Below are positions 17,631-26,756 of a stretch of 51,334 bases of DNA, in pieces. The stretch is taken from assembly GCA_046289795.1 (NCBI GenBank), contig JBKBUP010000001.1, forward strand, positions 1 through 51,334, in the 5' to 3' direction. Source of the DNA: Dietzia sp. (GTDB lineage: Bacteria; Actinomycetota; Actinomycetes; Mycobacteriales; Mycobacteriaceae). Position numbers and translations under genes: made by a program. How positions within the stretch are numbered: the stretch's first letter is position 1; every line of letters begins with the position of its first letter. Below the pieces are notes generated by a model. It made no database searches. It was not told the DNA's origin and worked only from the letters and a program-made list of their open reading frames with translations.

Positions 17631-19028
17631 ATGCCCTCGCCCGATCCCCGTCCCGTCGCGATCATCGGGGCCGGGCCCTCCGGCCTGGCCGCGGCCCGCA
17701 ACCTCGACCGCCACGGCGTCGACTGGGTGGGCTTCGAGCTCGCCCACGACGTCGGTGGACTGTGGAACATCGACTCCCCGCGCAGCACGGTCTACGCCTC
17801 GGCCCACCTCATCTCCTCGGCCCGCACCACCGAGTTCACCGAGTATCCGATGCCGGCCGACACTCCCGACTACCCGGATCACCGCCGTTTGCTGGCCTAC
17901 TTCCGGGACTTCGCCGACCACTTCGGCCTGCGCGGGCGGTTCCGTTTCGGAACCGAGGTGGTGCGGGCGGAACCGCTCGGTGACGAGCCGGACTCGGGGT
18001 GGCGGCTCACCGTGAGGAAGACGGGCGACGACGACGAGGTGGTCGCCGACACGGTGTGTGACGCGGGCGAGTTCTCGGCGCTGGTGATCGCGAACGGCAC
18101 CCTCTCCGAGCCCAACATCCCCGGCTTCGCGGGACGGTTCGACGGCGAGGTCCGCCACACCAGCCGCTACAAGTACCCGCGTGAGCTTGCCGGCAAGCGG
18201 GTCCTGGTGGTGGGCGGGGGCAACTCCGGCTGCGACATCGCCGTCGACGCCGTCCACCACGCCGAGTCGGTCGACATCAGCGTGCGGCGCGGCTATCACT
18301 TCGTCCCCAAGTATCTCTTCGGCAAGCCCGCCGACACGCTCAACTCGGGTCGGCCGTTGCCCGCGCGGATCAAGCAGTTCGTCGACAGCCGGGTACTGAA
18401 GCTGTTCACCGGTGACCCGACCCGATTCGGTTTCCCCGCGCCAGATCACAAACTGTATGAGTCCCACCCCGTCGTCAACTCGCTGATCCTCCAACACGTG
18501 GGGCACGGTGACATCGGGGTCCGCGCGGACATCGAGCGCTTCGACGGCCACACCGTGCACTTCCGGGACGGGAGCTCCGCCGAGTACGACCTGATCATGC
18601 TGGCGACCGGGTACGTGCTGCACTACCCGTTCCTGGAGCGGAGGCACCTGGACTGGGCGGACGGCGAGGCCGCGCCGGACCTGTTCCTCAACATCTTCCC
18701 GTCGCGGCGCCACGACCTCGCGGTGCTGGGCATGCTCGAGGCGTCCGGCATCGGCTGGCAGGGCCGCTACGAGCAGGCGGATCTGCTGGCGCGGTACCTC
18801 GCCGCTCGGCGTGACCCGAGCGCCGCCGGACGCGCGGCGGCCGAGGCCGTCGACCGGGGGCGTCGGGGCCCGCGGCCGGACCTGACCGGCGGGTACCGCT
18901 ACCTCGGCCTGGACCGGATGGCCTACTACGTCAACAAGACCGCCTACCGGGACGCGGTGACGTCCCTGCTCTCGGAGATGCGGGCGGCGGAGATGCAGGT
19001 GGCGGAGAGCGAAGGGGTCCTCGCGTGA
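17631..19028 (+). CDS. flavin-containing monooxygenase (class B)
   Basis: IIGAGPSGL, GGLW, FDGEVRHTSRY, GGGNSGCD, LATGY. Confidence 0.92.
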   Translation: MPSPDPRPVAIIGAGPSGLAAARNLDRHGVDWVGFELAHDVGGLWNIDSPRSTVYASAHLISSARTTEFTEYPMPADTPDYPDHRRLLAYFRDFADHFGLRGRFRFGTEVVRAEPLGDEPDSGWRLTVRKTGDDDEVVADTVCDAGEFSALVIANGTLSEPNIPGFAGRFDGEVRHTSRYKYPRELAGKRVLVVGGGNSGCDIAVDAVHHAESVDISVRRGYHFVPKYLFGKPADTLNSGRPLPARIKQFVDSRVLKLFTGDPTRFGFPAPDHKLYESHPVVNSLILQHVGHGDIGVRADIERFDGHTVHFRDGSSAEYDLIMLATGYVLHYPFLERRHLDWADGEAAPDLFLNIFPSRRHDLAVLGMLEASGIGWQGRYEQADLLARYLAARRDPSAAGRAAAEAVDRGRRGPRPDLTGGYRYLGLDRMAYYVNKTAYRDAVTSLLSEMRAAEMQVAESEGVLA

Positions 19029-19954
19029 ACGTCGACGACGTCCGGATCGCGTTCGACTCCGGCTCGCTCACCACGCTCAAGATCGTCCTGGGACTGATCC
19101 TGTTCGGCATCGCCATGGATACCCGGCTCGAGGACTTCCGGCTGGCGCTACAGAAACCCAGGGCGTTCGCGGTGGCGATCATCGCGCAGTTCGCTCTGCT
19201 GCCGGGCCTGACCTACGTTCTCACCCTGATCCTCGGGGTGCAGGGGTCGGTCGCGCTGGGCATGATCCTCGTGGCGTGCTGCCCGCCTGGGAACGTCTCC
19301 AACATCCTCACCCACCGGGCGCGCGGTGACGTGGCGCTGTCGGTGTCCATGACGGCGGTGGGCAACGTCCTGGCGATCTTCATGCTGCCCCTCAACTTCT
19401 CGTTCTGGGGTCACCTGCACCCGACGGGTCGCGACTACTTCAACGAGATCAGCGTCGCCCCGTGGGACATGCTCAGCGAGGTGCTACTGGTCATCGCGCT
19501 GCCGTTCGCGCTCGGCCTGGTCGTGTCCCATCTGCTGCCCGCTGTGGCAGCCCGCACCCATCGCGTGGTGGGGGTCCTGTCCTTCGCGGCGCTGGGCGGG
19601 ATCATCGTGATCGCGGTGGCCAACAACTGGAGCCTGTTCGTCGCCTACATCGGGGTCGTGGCGGTGGCGGTGTTCCTCCACGACGCGCTGGCGCTGGGTC
19701 TCGGCTACGGCATCGCCCGCGGGTTCAGGCTCGACGTCCCCGCGCGTAAGGCCATGACCTTCGAGGTCGGGATCCGCAACGCCGGACTCGGACTGCTGTT
19801 CGTGTTCAGTTTCTTCGACGGGCTCGGGGGCATGGCGCTGGTGGCCGCGTGGTGGGGCGTGTGGGACATCATCGTCGGGCTCGTGGTGGCCGTGGTGTGG
19901 GCACGGCGGACGAGATCGCAGGAGATCGATTCAGAGAAGGTGGACGCGGCGTGA
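19025..19954 (+). CDS. bile acid:sodium symporter (BASS) family transporter
   Basis: AQFALLP, CCPPGNVSN, GDVALSVSMT, EVGIRNAGL; GTGA overlap with the FMO gene. Confidence 0.9.
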   Translation: MNVDDVRIAFDSGSLTTLKIVLGLILFGIAMDTRLEDFRLALQKPRAFAVAIIAQFALLPGLTYVLTLILGVQGSVALGMILVACCPPGNVSNILTHRARGDVALSVSMTAVGNVLAIFMLPLNFSFWGHLHPTGRDYFNEISVAPWDMLSEVLLVIALPFALGLVVSHLLPAVAARTHRVVGVLSFAALGGIIVIAVANNWSLFVAYIGVVAVAVFLHDALALGLGYGIARGFRLDVPARKAMTFEVGIRNAGLGLLFVFSFFDGLGGMALVAAWWGVWDIIVGLVVAVVWARRTRSQEIDSEKVDAA

Positions 19955-20904
19955 GGGTTCTGGTCACCGGTGGCAGTGGGTTCCTCGGCACCGGGGTGGT
20001 GGCCGGGTTGGCCGCTGCCGGGCACGAGGTCACTAGCGGTGACCTGCGGGTACCGGAGGTCGGCGAGGTCGCTGCGGATCAGCTGGTGCGTCACGTGATG
20101 CTCGACGTCACCGATGCTGCCGCGGTCTCGGAGGCCGTCGCCGGGCACGATGCCGTCGTCCATCTCGCCTCCGTCGTCGACCCCGACGGCATGGGCCGGG
20201 ACGCCGCCTTCAGGGTGGACGTCGACGGATCCCGCCATGTCCTCGACGCCTGTCTGGAGCACGGAGTGCGAAGACTGGTCGTGTCCTCCTCCGGCGCCGC
20301 ATACGGGTACCACGCCGACAATCCGGTCCCGATCACCGAGGACCGGCCGGTGCGGGGGACCACGGCATTCGCCTACAGCCACCACAAGGCGCTCGTCGAG
20401 CACCTGCTCGCCGACGCCCGCCGCGACCACCCGGGTCTCGACCAGGTGGTCCTGCGGATCGGCACGATCCTCGGGGACTCCGTGGACAACCAGATCACCG
20501 CGCTGTTCCACCGTCCCCGGCTCCTGGCGATCCGGGGTTCGGACTCCCCGTTCGTCTTCATCTGGGATTCGGAGCTGGTCGCGATCGTCGTGCGTGCCGT
20601 CGACGCCGGCCCGCCGGGGGTCTACAACGTCGCCGGCAGTGGGACCCTGACGATCAGCGAGATCGCCGAGCGCCTGGGGAAGCGGACCCTCGCCGTGCCG
20701 GAGGTCGTCCTCAAGGTCGTGCTCACGGTGGGTCGCGCGCTCCGGGCCACGCGCTACGGGCCGGAGCAGACCGGCTTCCTGCGCTACCGTCCGGTGCTGG
20801 ACAACACCAGACTGCGCGAGGACTTCGGGTACACGCCCGAGTTGTCCAGCGCGCAGGCCTTCGACCGGTGGCTGGCCGGTCATCCCGACGCCCGGGCCGG
20901 GTGA
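19951..20904 (+). CDS. extended SDR / NAD-dependent epimerase-dehydratase
   Basis: TGGSGFLG, VVHLAS, SSGAAYG, YSHHK; GTG at 19951 overlaps the BASS stop. Confidence 0.9.
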   Translation: MRVLVTGGSGFLGTGVVAGLAAAGHEVTSGDLRVPEVGEVAADQLVRHVMLDVTDAAAVSEAVAGHDAVVHLASVVDPDGMGRDAAFRVDVDGSRHVLDACLEHGVRRLVVSSSGAAYGYHADNPVPITEDRPVRGTTAFAYSHHKALVEHLLADARRDHPGLDQVVLRIGTILGDSVDNQITALFHRPRLLAIRGSDSPFVFIWDSELVAIVVRAVDAGPPGVYNVAGSGTLTISEIAERLGKRTLAVPEVVLKVVLTVGRALRATRYGPEQTGFLRYRPVLDNTRLREDFGYTPELSSAQAFDRWLAGHPDARAG

Positions 20905-20940
20905 CCGGCGGGAGACCAGCGGGGAGGGCAGACTGTCCGG

Positions 20941-21768
20941 GTGTCCACGATCGTGTTCCTCCACGCCCATCCCGACGACGAGACCTCCCAGACCGCCGGG
21001 ATGATGGCCATCGCCTCGCGCGGCGGTCACCGCGTCGTCACCGTCTTCGCCACCGACGGCAACCACGGCCAGCGACCCGATCATCTCGGGCCCGATGGCG
21101 ACCTGGTCGACTACCGGCGAGGGGAAGCCCGCGCCGCCGCTGAGGTCCTGGGCGTGGCGCGGATCGACTGGCTGGGCTACCACGATTCCGGCATGACCGG
21201 CTGGTCGCAGAACGACGACCCGCTGTGCCTGCACCGCGCCGACACCGACGACGCGGCCGCGCGGCTCACCCGGATCCTCGACCGGGAGGACGCCGACGTC
21301 CTCGTGGGCTACGACCACCACGGAAACTACGGGCACCCGGATCACCTGGCCGTGCACCGGATCGCCCGCCGGGCGGTGGAGTCGGCGGCCCGCCGTCCGC
21401 GGCTGCTGGAGGCCACCACCAATCAGGACGCCCAGGTCGAGATGCTCGACAGTCCCGAGGCGGCGGAGTTCCTGGCGACGCTCGCGGCCGGCGGCATGGA
21501 TGCGGAGGAACTGCGGCGGATGATCCTCATCGGCGACGACGGTCTGCCGGTCGGGGTCCCGCAGTCGGAGATCGCATGGGCGATCGAGCTGCCCGCGGAT
21601 GTGATCGACCTCAAGCGTCGCGCGATGGAGTGCCACGCCAGCCAGACCAGCGACATCGGGATGATGCTTGCCCTGCCGAAGGACGTCTACGCGGTGACGT
21701 TCGGGACCGAATACCTCATCGAGCCGCGGTCCGACCAGCAGATGCGCCGCGGATGGCCGTTCGACTGA
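20941..21768 (+). CDS. PIG-L family deacetylase (MshB/Mca-like)
   Basis: HAHPDDE, LGYHDSGM, GNYGHPDH, HASQ. Confidence 0.9.
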   Translation: MSTIVFLHAHPDDETSQTAGMMAIASRGGHRVVTVFATDGNHGQRPDHLGPDGDLVDYRRGEARAAAEVLGVARIDWLGYHDSGMTGWSQNDDPLCLHRADTDDAAARLTRILDREDADVLVGYDHHGNYGHPDHLAVHRIARRAVESAARRPRLLEATTNQDAQVEMLDSPEAAEFLATLAAGGMDAEELRRMILIGDDGLPVGVPQSEIAWAIELPADVIDLKRRAMECHASQTSDIGMMLALPKDVYAVTFGTEYLIEPRSDQQMRRGWPFD

Positions 21769-21784
21769 ACCGGCGGGCCCGGCC

Positions 21785-22792
21785 TTAGGGATTGTCGAGC
21801 GCGCGGACCCAGTCGCCGTGGCCGTGCGCGGTGGCCAGGGGCCGACCGTTGACTGCGACGACGAAGATGCCCTTGTGGCGCCGGATAGACTCCGGGACCT
21901 GCTCGGCGACGTCGGGGAGGAGGGTCACGCCCTCCACGGAGATCCACACGCAGTCCAACTGTGCGACCCGGCGGGCGAACTCGGCGCGGGCCGGTGGCTC
22001 CAGGTAGCCGAGCACGGCGGTATGGAACACCACAGCGGTAGAGCCCGCGGGGCAGGCGGCGACCGCGGCCTCGACCTTCTCCACGAGGTCACCCGCGAGG
22101 ACCCGGGGCGGGTCGGCCGCGGCGATGTCGAGCGCGGCGTCCAGGCGGGGCACGCGTTCGGCCTGCTGCCCGGGCCAGATCAGGCTGCGCAGCCAGGCGC
22201 GCGACTCGGCGTCCGCCGGGTCGATCGGGGACAGGTCCACTCCGCCGCGATGGACGACGTCGGGTAGGGAGTGCGGGCGCGGGACGCCGTCGCGGAGGGC
22301 GCAGTCCAGGATCGGGGTGCGCTCGTCGGCGTCGGTGGGTCTCAGGTCATAGGTCGCACCGCCGTCGAGCGCGTAGCGGTAGGCGTACCGGTCCGGGTAC
22401 AGGCACAGGCCGGCGGAGGTGCCCATCTCGACCAGCGAGAGCGGGCCGGGCAGCAGTGACAGGAACGGCAGGAGGACCGCGCACCGCTTGGCCTCGTTGG
22501 TCTGCGTGGAGTGGGTGAGTGCGATCTGCTCGATCTCCGACCAGTGGGCGTGGACGAAGTCCCGGAACCGCGCGTAGTCCTCGGTCTCGGGTGCGCCGGC
22601 GTGGCGGGCGGAGGCGAATACCAGCGCGGGCTGTCTCTTTATCCGGGGCAGGCTCCCGATGAGCTCGCAGGTCGCGGGGTCCTCGGCGATGCCCCGGGCC
22701 CACGCCAGGTAGACGGGTGTGCGGCCGCGGACCTCGAACTCGGCGAACTCGGCGTAGCGGGTGGGGACGTCGTCGACGTGCGCTGAGTCCAT
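21785..22792 (-). CDS. DUF2332 family protein
   Basis: TQTNEAKRCA, EMGTSAGLCLYPDRY, GVDLSP, LIWPGQ, VFHTAVLGYL. Start at ATG 22792. Confidence 0.85.
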   Translation of the reverse strand: MDSAHVDDVPTRYAEFAEFEVRGRTPVYLAWARGIAEDPATCELIGSLPRIKRQPALVFASARHAGAPETEDYARFRDFVHAHWSEIEQIALTHSTQTNEAKRCAVLLPFLSLLPGPLSLVEMGTSAGLCLYPDRYAYRYALDGGATYDLRPTDADERTPILDCALRDGVPRPHSLPDVVHRGGVDLSPIDPADAESRAWLRSLIWPGQQAERVPRLDAALDIAAADPPRVLAGDLVEKVEAAVAACPAGSTAVVFHTAVLGYLEPPARAEFARRVAQLDCVWISVEGVTLLPDVAEQVPESIRRHKGIFVVAVNGRPLATAHGHGDWVRALDNP

Positions 22793-22897
22793 GCGACTAG
22801 CGTGGCATACCGGACGACGGGCTGGCGCGCGTGTTCGGGACCAGGTATGTTGGTGATGCATCAACCATTCGCCGCGCCGACGACCGCAGGAGACCCC

Positions 22898-23968
22898 ATG
22901 GCAGACGACACCGAGTTCATCGCAGCCAAGAACGCCTCGGCGGACGGTGAGTTCGTTCGCGACGCCACCTACATCAACGACCGCGTCGTGGCGGACCTCC
23001 CGGCGGGTTCGGACCCGGTGGGGGAGAAGATCGGGGAGATGCGGTGGCCCGTCGAGGCCGGCCGCTACCGCCTGATGGCCGCCCGCGCGTGCCCCTGGGC
23101 CAGCCGCTCGATCATCGTCCGCCGCCTGATGGGCCTCGAGGACGCCATCTCCATGGGACTGGCCGGCCCGACCCACGACGTCAACTCCTGGGTCTTCGAC
23201 CTCGATCCGGACGGCAAGGACCCGGTCACCGGACTGCACCGCCTCAAGGAGGCCTACTTCAACCGGATCCCCGACTACCCGCGCGGCATCACGGTCCCGG
23301 CCCTCGTCGACCTGCCCACCATGTCGGTGGTGACCAACGCGTACCAGAAACTCAACTTCGATCTGCTCAGCGAGTGGACGGCCTTCCACCGCGACGGCGC
23401 CCCGGACCTGTACCCGGCCGAGCACCGCGACCAGATCGACGAGTTGGACTCGTGGATCTACCCGACCGTCAACAACGGCGTGTACCGCAGCGGCTTCGCG
23501 GCCGACCAGGGCGCCTACGAGCAGGCCTACGACGAACTGTGGGCGTCGCTGGACCGGCTCGAGGATCGGCTGACGACCCGTCGCTACCTCGTCGGGGACA
23601 CGATCACGGTCGCCGACATCCGACTGTTCACCACGCTCGTGCGTTTCGACGCGGTCTACCACGGCCACTTCAAGGCCAACCGCAGCAAGATCACCGAGAT
23701 GCCGGCCCTCTGGGGCTACCTGCGCGACCTGTTCCAGACGCCGGGCTTCGGGGACACCTGCGATTTCCCGCAGATCAAGGAGCACTACTACAACGTCCAC
23801 CGCGACGTGAACCCCACCGGCATCGTGCCCAAGGGGCCGGAGCTGAGCAATTTCCTCTCCGCGCATCACCGCGAGGAGTTGGGTGGCCGTCCGTTCGGTG
23901 ACGGCACCGCCCCGGGCCCCGTCGAGAACCCGTCCGAGCGGGTCCCGGAGGGGCACGGAGCGGTCTAG
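22898..23968 (+). CDS. omega/xi-class GST, glutathionyl-hydroquinone reductase-like
   Basis: RACPWA, TVPAL, VNNGVYRSGFA, ADIRLFTTLVRFDAVYHGHFK, IKEHYY, NPTGIVPKGP. Confidence 0.92.
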   Translation: MADDTEFIAAKNASADGEFVRDATYINDRVVADLPAGSDPVGEKIGEMRWPVEAGRYRLMAARACPWASRSIIVRRLMGLEDAISMGLAGPTHDVNSWVFDLDPDGKDPVTGLHRLKEAYFNRIPDYPRGITVPALVDLPTMSVVTNAYQKLNFDLLSEWTAFHRDGAPDLYPAEHRDQIDELDSWIYPTVNNGVYRSGFAADQGAYEQAYDELWASLDRLEDRLTTRRYLVGDTITVADIRLFTTLVRFDAVYHGHFKANRSKITEMPALWGYLRDLFQTPGFGDTCDFPQIKEHYYNVHRDVNPTGIVPKGPELSNFLSAHHREELGGRPFGDGTAPGPVENPSERVPEGHGAV

Positions 23969-23998
23969 TCCCGGCCGGTAGGCCTAGACTGGCTCGTT

Positions 23999-24565
23999 GT
24001 GAACCCGGCCCTGTCCGAATCCGGTCGCTACCGCAGAGGCGCCCGTCAGTTCGTCATGTTCGGAATCGTCGGCGGGTCCGGGCTGGTCGTCAACATGATC
24101 GTCACGGTCCTGATGAACAGGGCCAACGGCGGCACCCAGAACGCCCAGGACATCCTGTTCCCGTTCTCCGGGACGGAGTACAACTTCCGCTTCACGACCC
24201 TGGTGTGGATCGTGGCGTTCCTGGTGGCCAACGTCTACAACTTCATGCTCAACCGGCACTGGACGTTCGGCAAGGGCCACAAGGCGCCGGTCCTGCAGGA
24301 GTTCTGGCCGTTCCTGTTGGTGGGTTCGGTGGCCGCGGCGGCGGGCATCTTCATCAAGGTGGCCTTCACCAACCCCACCTCGCCGCTCTACCTGCCCGAA
24401 CCGTGGTGGCACGAGGACGCGGGGATCCACTCCCGGGAGTACTGGAGCCAGTTGCTGACGATCATCATCACGATGCCCATCAACTTCATCGTCAACAAGC
24501 TCTGGACGTTCCGCTCCGTGCGTCGCCGACACCACGCGCGCTCCACCGCGGACGCGGTGGTCTAG
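23999..24565 (+). CDS. GtrA family membrane protein
   Basis: QFVMFGIVGGSG, NFMLNRHWTF, NFIVNKLWTF. Confidence 0.88.
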   Translation: MNPALSESGRYRRGARQFVMFGIVGGSGLVVNMIVTVLMNRANGGTQNAQDILFPFSGTEYNFRFTTLVWIVAFLVANVYNFMLNRHWTFGKGHKAPVLQEFWPFLLVGSVAAAAGIFIKVAFTNPTSPLYLPEPWWHEDAGIHSREYWSQLLTIIITMPINFIVNKLWTFRSVRRRHHARSTADAVV

Positions 24566-24575
24566 GAGGTCGGCC

Positions 24576-25337
24576 GTGGAGTCCTCGCCGTTGCTGCTGT
24601 GGTTCGACCTCGTCGGAGTCTTCTTCTTCGCGCTCTCCGGCAACCTGCTGGCCGCGCGCAAGAACATCGACATCACCGGCGGTCTGGTCCTGGGCCTGCT
24701 GGCAGGTCTCGGTGGCGGCATCATCCGTGACGTGATGCTGGGGGTCACGCCGCTCGCGTTGACGCAGCCGGTCCTCCTCGCCGCGCCGTTCGCCGCCGCC
24801 GCGGTGGTGTATCTGCTGGGCGCGCACCTCCACCGGGTCCGCACGCTGATCATCGTCTTCGACGCGGCCGGGCTGGGTCTGTTCTGCACCTTCGGCACCG
24901 CCCGGGCGCTGGACCACGGCATGCCGATCGCCTCGGCGCTCCTGCTCGGCGTGGTCACGGCGGTCGGTGGCGGACTCATGCGCGACGTGGTGGCCAACGA
25001 GATCCCCGCCGTGTTCAACGGTTCCGACCTGTACGTCATCCCCGCCGCCACCGGCGCGGCGCTCACCGCACTCGCCGTGGCCACCGACACGTGGGGCCCG
25101 GTCGCAGCGGTGGTGCTGTCCGCGTTCGCGTTCACGTTCCGGATGGTGGCGTGGCGTCTCCAGTGGCGTGTCCCGGCGCCGATGCGCGGCTGGAGCATGA
25201 GGGGGTTCGACACCCGCCTGCGGCGCGACCGGTCGGTGTTCGGGCGTCCGGGCCGGATGAAGGGCGACGACGACGAGTCCCGCCGCGACGACGACGTGGA
25301 CGACTACCGGGATCGCCCACCGGGCCCCCGCCGGTAG
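24576..25337 (+). CDS. TRIC/UPF0126 (YadS-like) membrane protein
   Basis: Duplicated GLGGGIIRD / AVGGGLMRD motifs and DAAGLG. Confidence 0.9.
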   Translation: MESSPLLLWFDLVGVFFFALSGNLLAARKNIDITGGLVLGLLAGLGGGIIRDVMLGVTPLALTQPVLLAAPFAAAAVVYLLGAHLHRVRTLIIVFDAAGLGLFCTFGTARALDHGMPIASALLLGVVTAVGGGLMRDVVANEIPAVFNGSDLYVIPAATGAALTALAVATDTWGPVAAVVLSAFAFTFRMVAWRLQWRVPAPMRGWSMRGFDTRLRRDRSVFGRPGRMKGDDDESRRDDDVDDYRDRPPGPRR

Positions 25338-25348
25338 TGTGTGCCGAC

Positions 25349-26044
25349 GTGCAGTATTACCTCAGCCTGCTGGGATTCGCGGCGATCGACTCGGTCAACC
25401 TCCTGGCGTTCGCCGTCATCGCCGGGCTCTGGCTCGCGGCTGCCGGTCGAGGGGGAGGCTTCGCCTCGCGCGCCGCCCGCTTCACCGGTGGTGCGTTCTG
25501 CGGAATCGTCCTGCTCTCGCTGGTGTCGGTGTGGGTGATCGGCAACAACCAGGAGTTCGTCCGCAGCCTGTTCTACAACCTCTGGGCGATGGTGGTCCTG
25601 GGCGTCATCGGTCTGGTCATCACGGTGATGGGCCTGCGCAGACCCGCGGAGGCCAAAGAGGAGAACGTCGAGGCCCCGCTCACCCAGTCCGTGTTGCAGA
25701 GGTTCGGCATCATGGTCACCGGCGTCTCGCTGGGTGTCATCCAGTCGGCGACCTCGGCGCCGTTCGCCGGGGGCATGGTCCTCATCTCGTTCGCCGAGAC
25801 GCCGTGGTGGTCCAAGCTGCTGCAGATCCTGTTCTTCGCGATCATCGCGATCCTGCCGAGCACGGGGCTGATCATCGCGCTGGCGCGGGTCGACTCGTCC
25901 GGCGTGGCCGCAGCGACCCGCAGGATCGACAGGTTCCTCGTCTACGGCCGCGTGGCCGGACGGTTGCTCACGCTCGTGGTGGGCGTGGCGCTCGTCGTCC
26001 TGGCCGCTGTACGCATGGTGCAACTCACCGGCATCCTGTCGTAG
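25349..26044 (+). CDS. GAP/Sap (LysE superfamily) membrane protein
   Basis: LLGFAAIDSVN, about six hydrophobic segments, SATSAPF. GTG start at 25349. Confidence 0.65.
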   Translation: MQYYLSLLGFAAIDSVNLLAFAVIAGLWLAAAGRGGGFASRAARFTGGAFCGIVLLSLVSVWVIGNNQEFVRSLFYNLWAMVVLGVIGLVITVMGLRRPAEAKEENVEAPLTQSVLQRFGIMVTGVSLGVIQSATSAPFAGGMVLISFAETPWWSKLLQILFFAIIAILPSTGLIIALARVDSSGVAAATRRIDRFLVYGRVAGRLLTLVVGVALVVLAAVRMVQLTGILS

Positions 26045-26121
26045 TCGATACCTGTCGTAGTCGGAACCTAGGGTCACGACGATCACCGTGAAGGGTGGTC
26101 CACGAACCTCCAGGGGGAGAC

Positions 26122-26751
26122 ATGTCGGAACACCAGTTGGATCAGGCCGGCGGCGCGGTGCTGTGCGAGGACGGGCTGATGCGGCCGCCCTGGGCGGCGC
26201 GGGATCCGCTACTGCGGGAGTACTACGACACCGAATGGGGGATGCCGGTCCACGACGAGGCCGGTCTCTTCGAGCGGCTCGTCCTGGAGGGTTTCCAATC
26301 CGGCCTGAGCTGGTTGACGATCCTGCGTAAGCGGCCGGCGTTCCGGGAGGCGTTCGCCGGGTTCTCGCCCGACGCGGTCGCCGACTACGGGGAATCGGAC
26401 GTCGCCCGGCTCATGGCCGACACCCGGATAGTGCGCAACCAGCGCAAGATCGATGCGGCCGTCGGCAACGCGCGTGCCGTGATCGCGCTTCGGGGAGAGG
26501 GCGGACTCGGGGAGTTGATCTGGTCGTACCGGCCGGATCACACCCCGGAGCCGCGGACCATGAGCGAGGTGCCCAGCCGATCCCCGGAGTCGGAGGCGCT
26601 GGCCGGGGAACTCAAGCGGCGGGGTTTCAGCTTCGTCGGGCCGGTGACGGTGTTCGCACTGATGGAGGCCATCGGGGTGATCGACACGCACCTGGTGGAT
26701 TCGCACCGGCGCGGTAGTTCCGGCATCTGGGCCCGGGAGGTCGCGCCCTGA
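26122..26751 (+). CDS. tag: DNA-3-methyladenine glycosylase I
   Basis: YYDTEWG, LEGFQSGLSWLTIL, RNQRKI, GFSFVGP, MEAIG. Confidence 0.95.
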   Translation: MSEHQLDQAGGAVLCEDGLMRPPWAARDPLLREYYDTEWGMPVHDEAGLFERLVLEGFQSGLSWLTILRKRPAFREAFAGFSPDAVADYGESDVARLMADTRIVRNQRKIDAAVGNARAVIALRGEGGLGELIWSYRPDHTPEPRTMSEVPSRSPESEALAGELKRRGFSFVGPVTVFALMEAIGVIDTHLVDSHRRGSSGIWAREVAP

Positions 26752-26756
26752 CCGGG

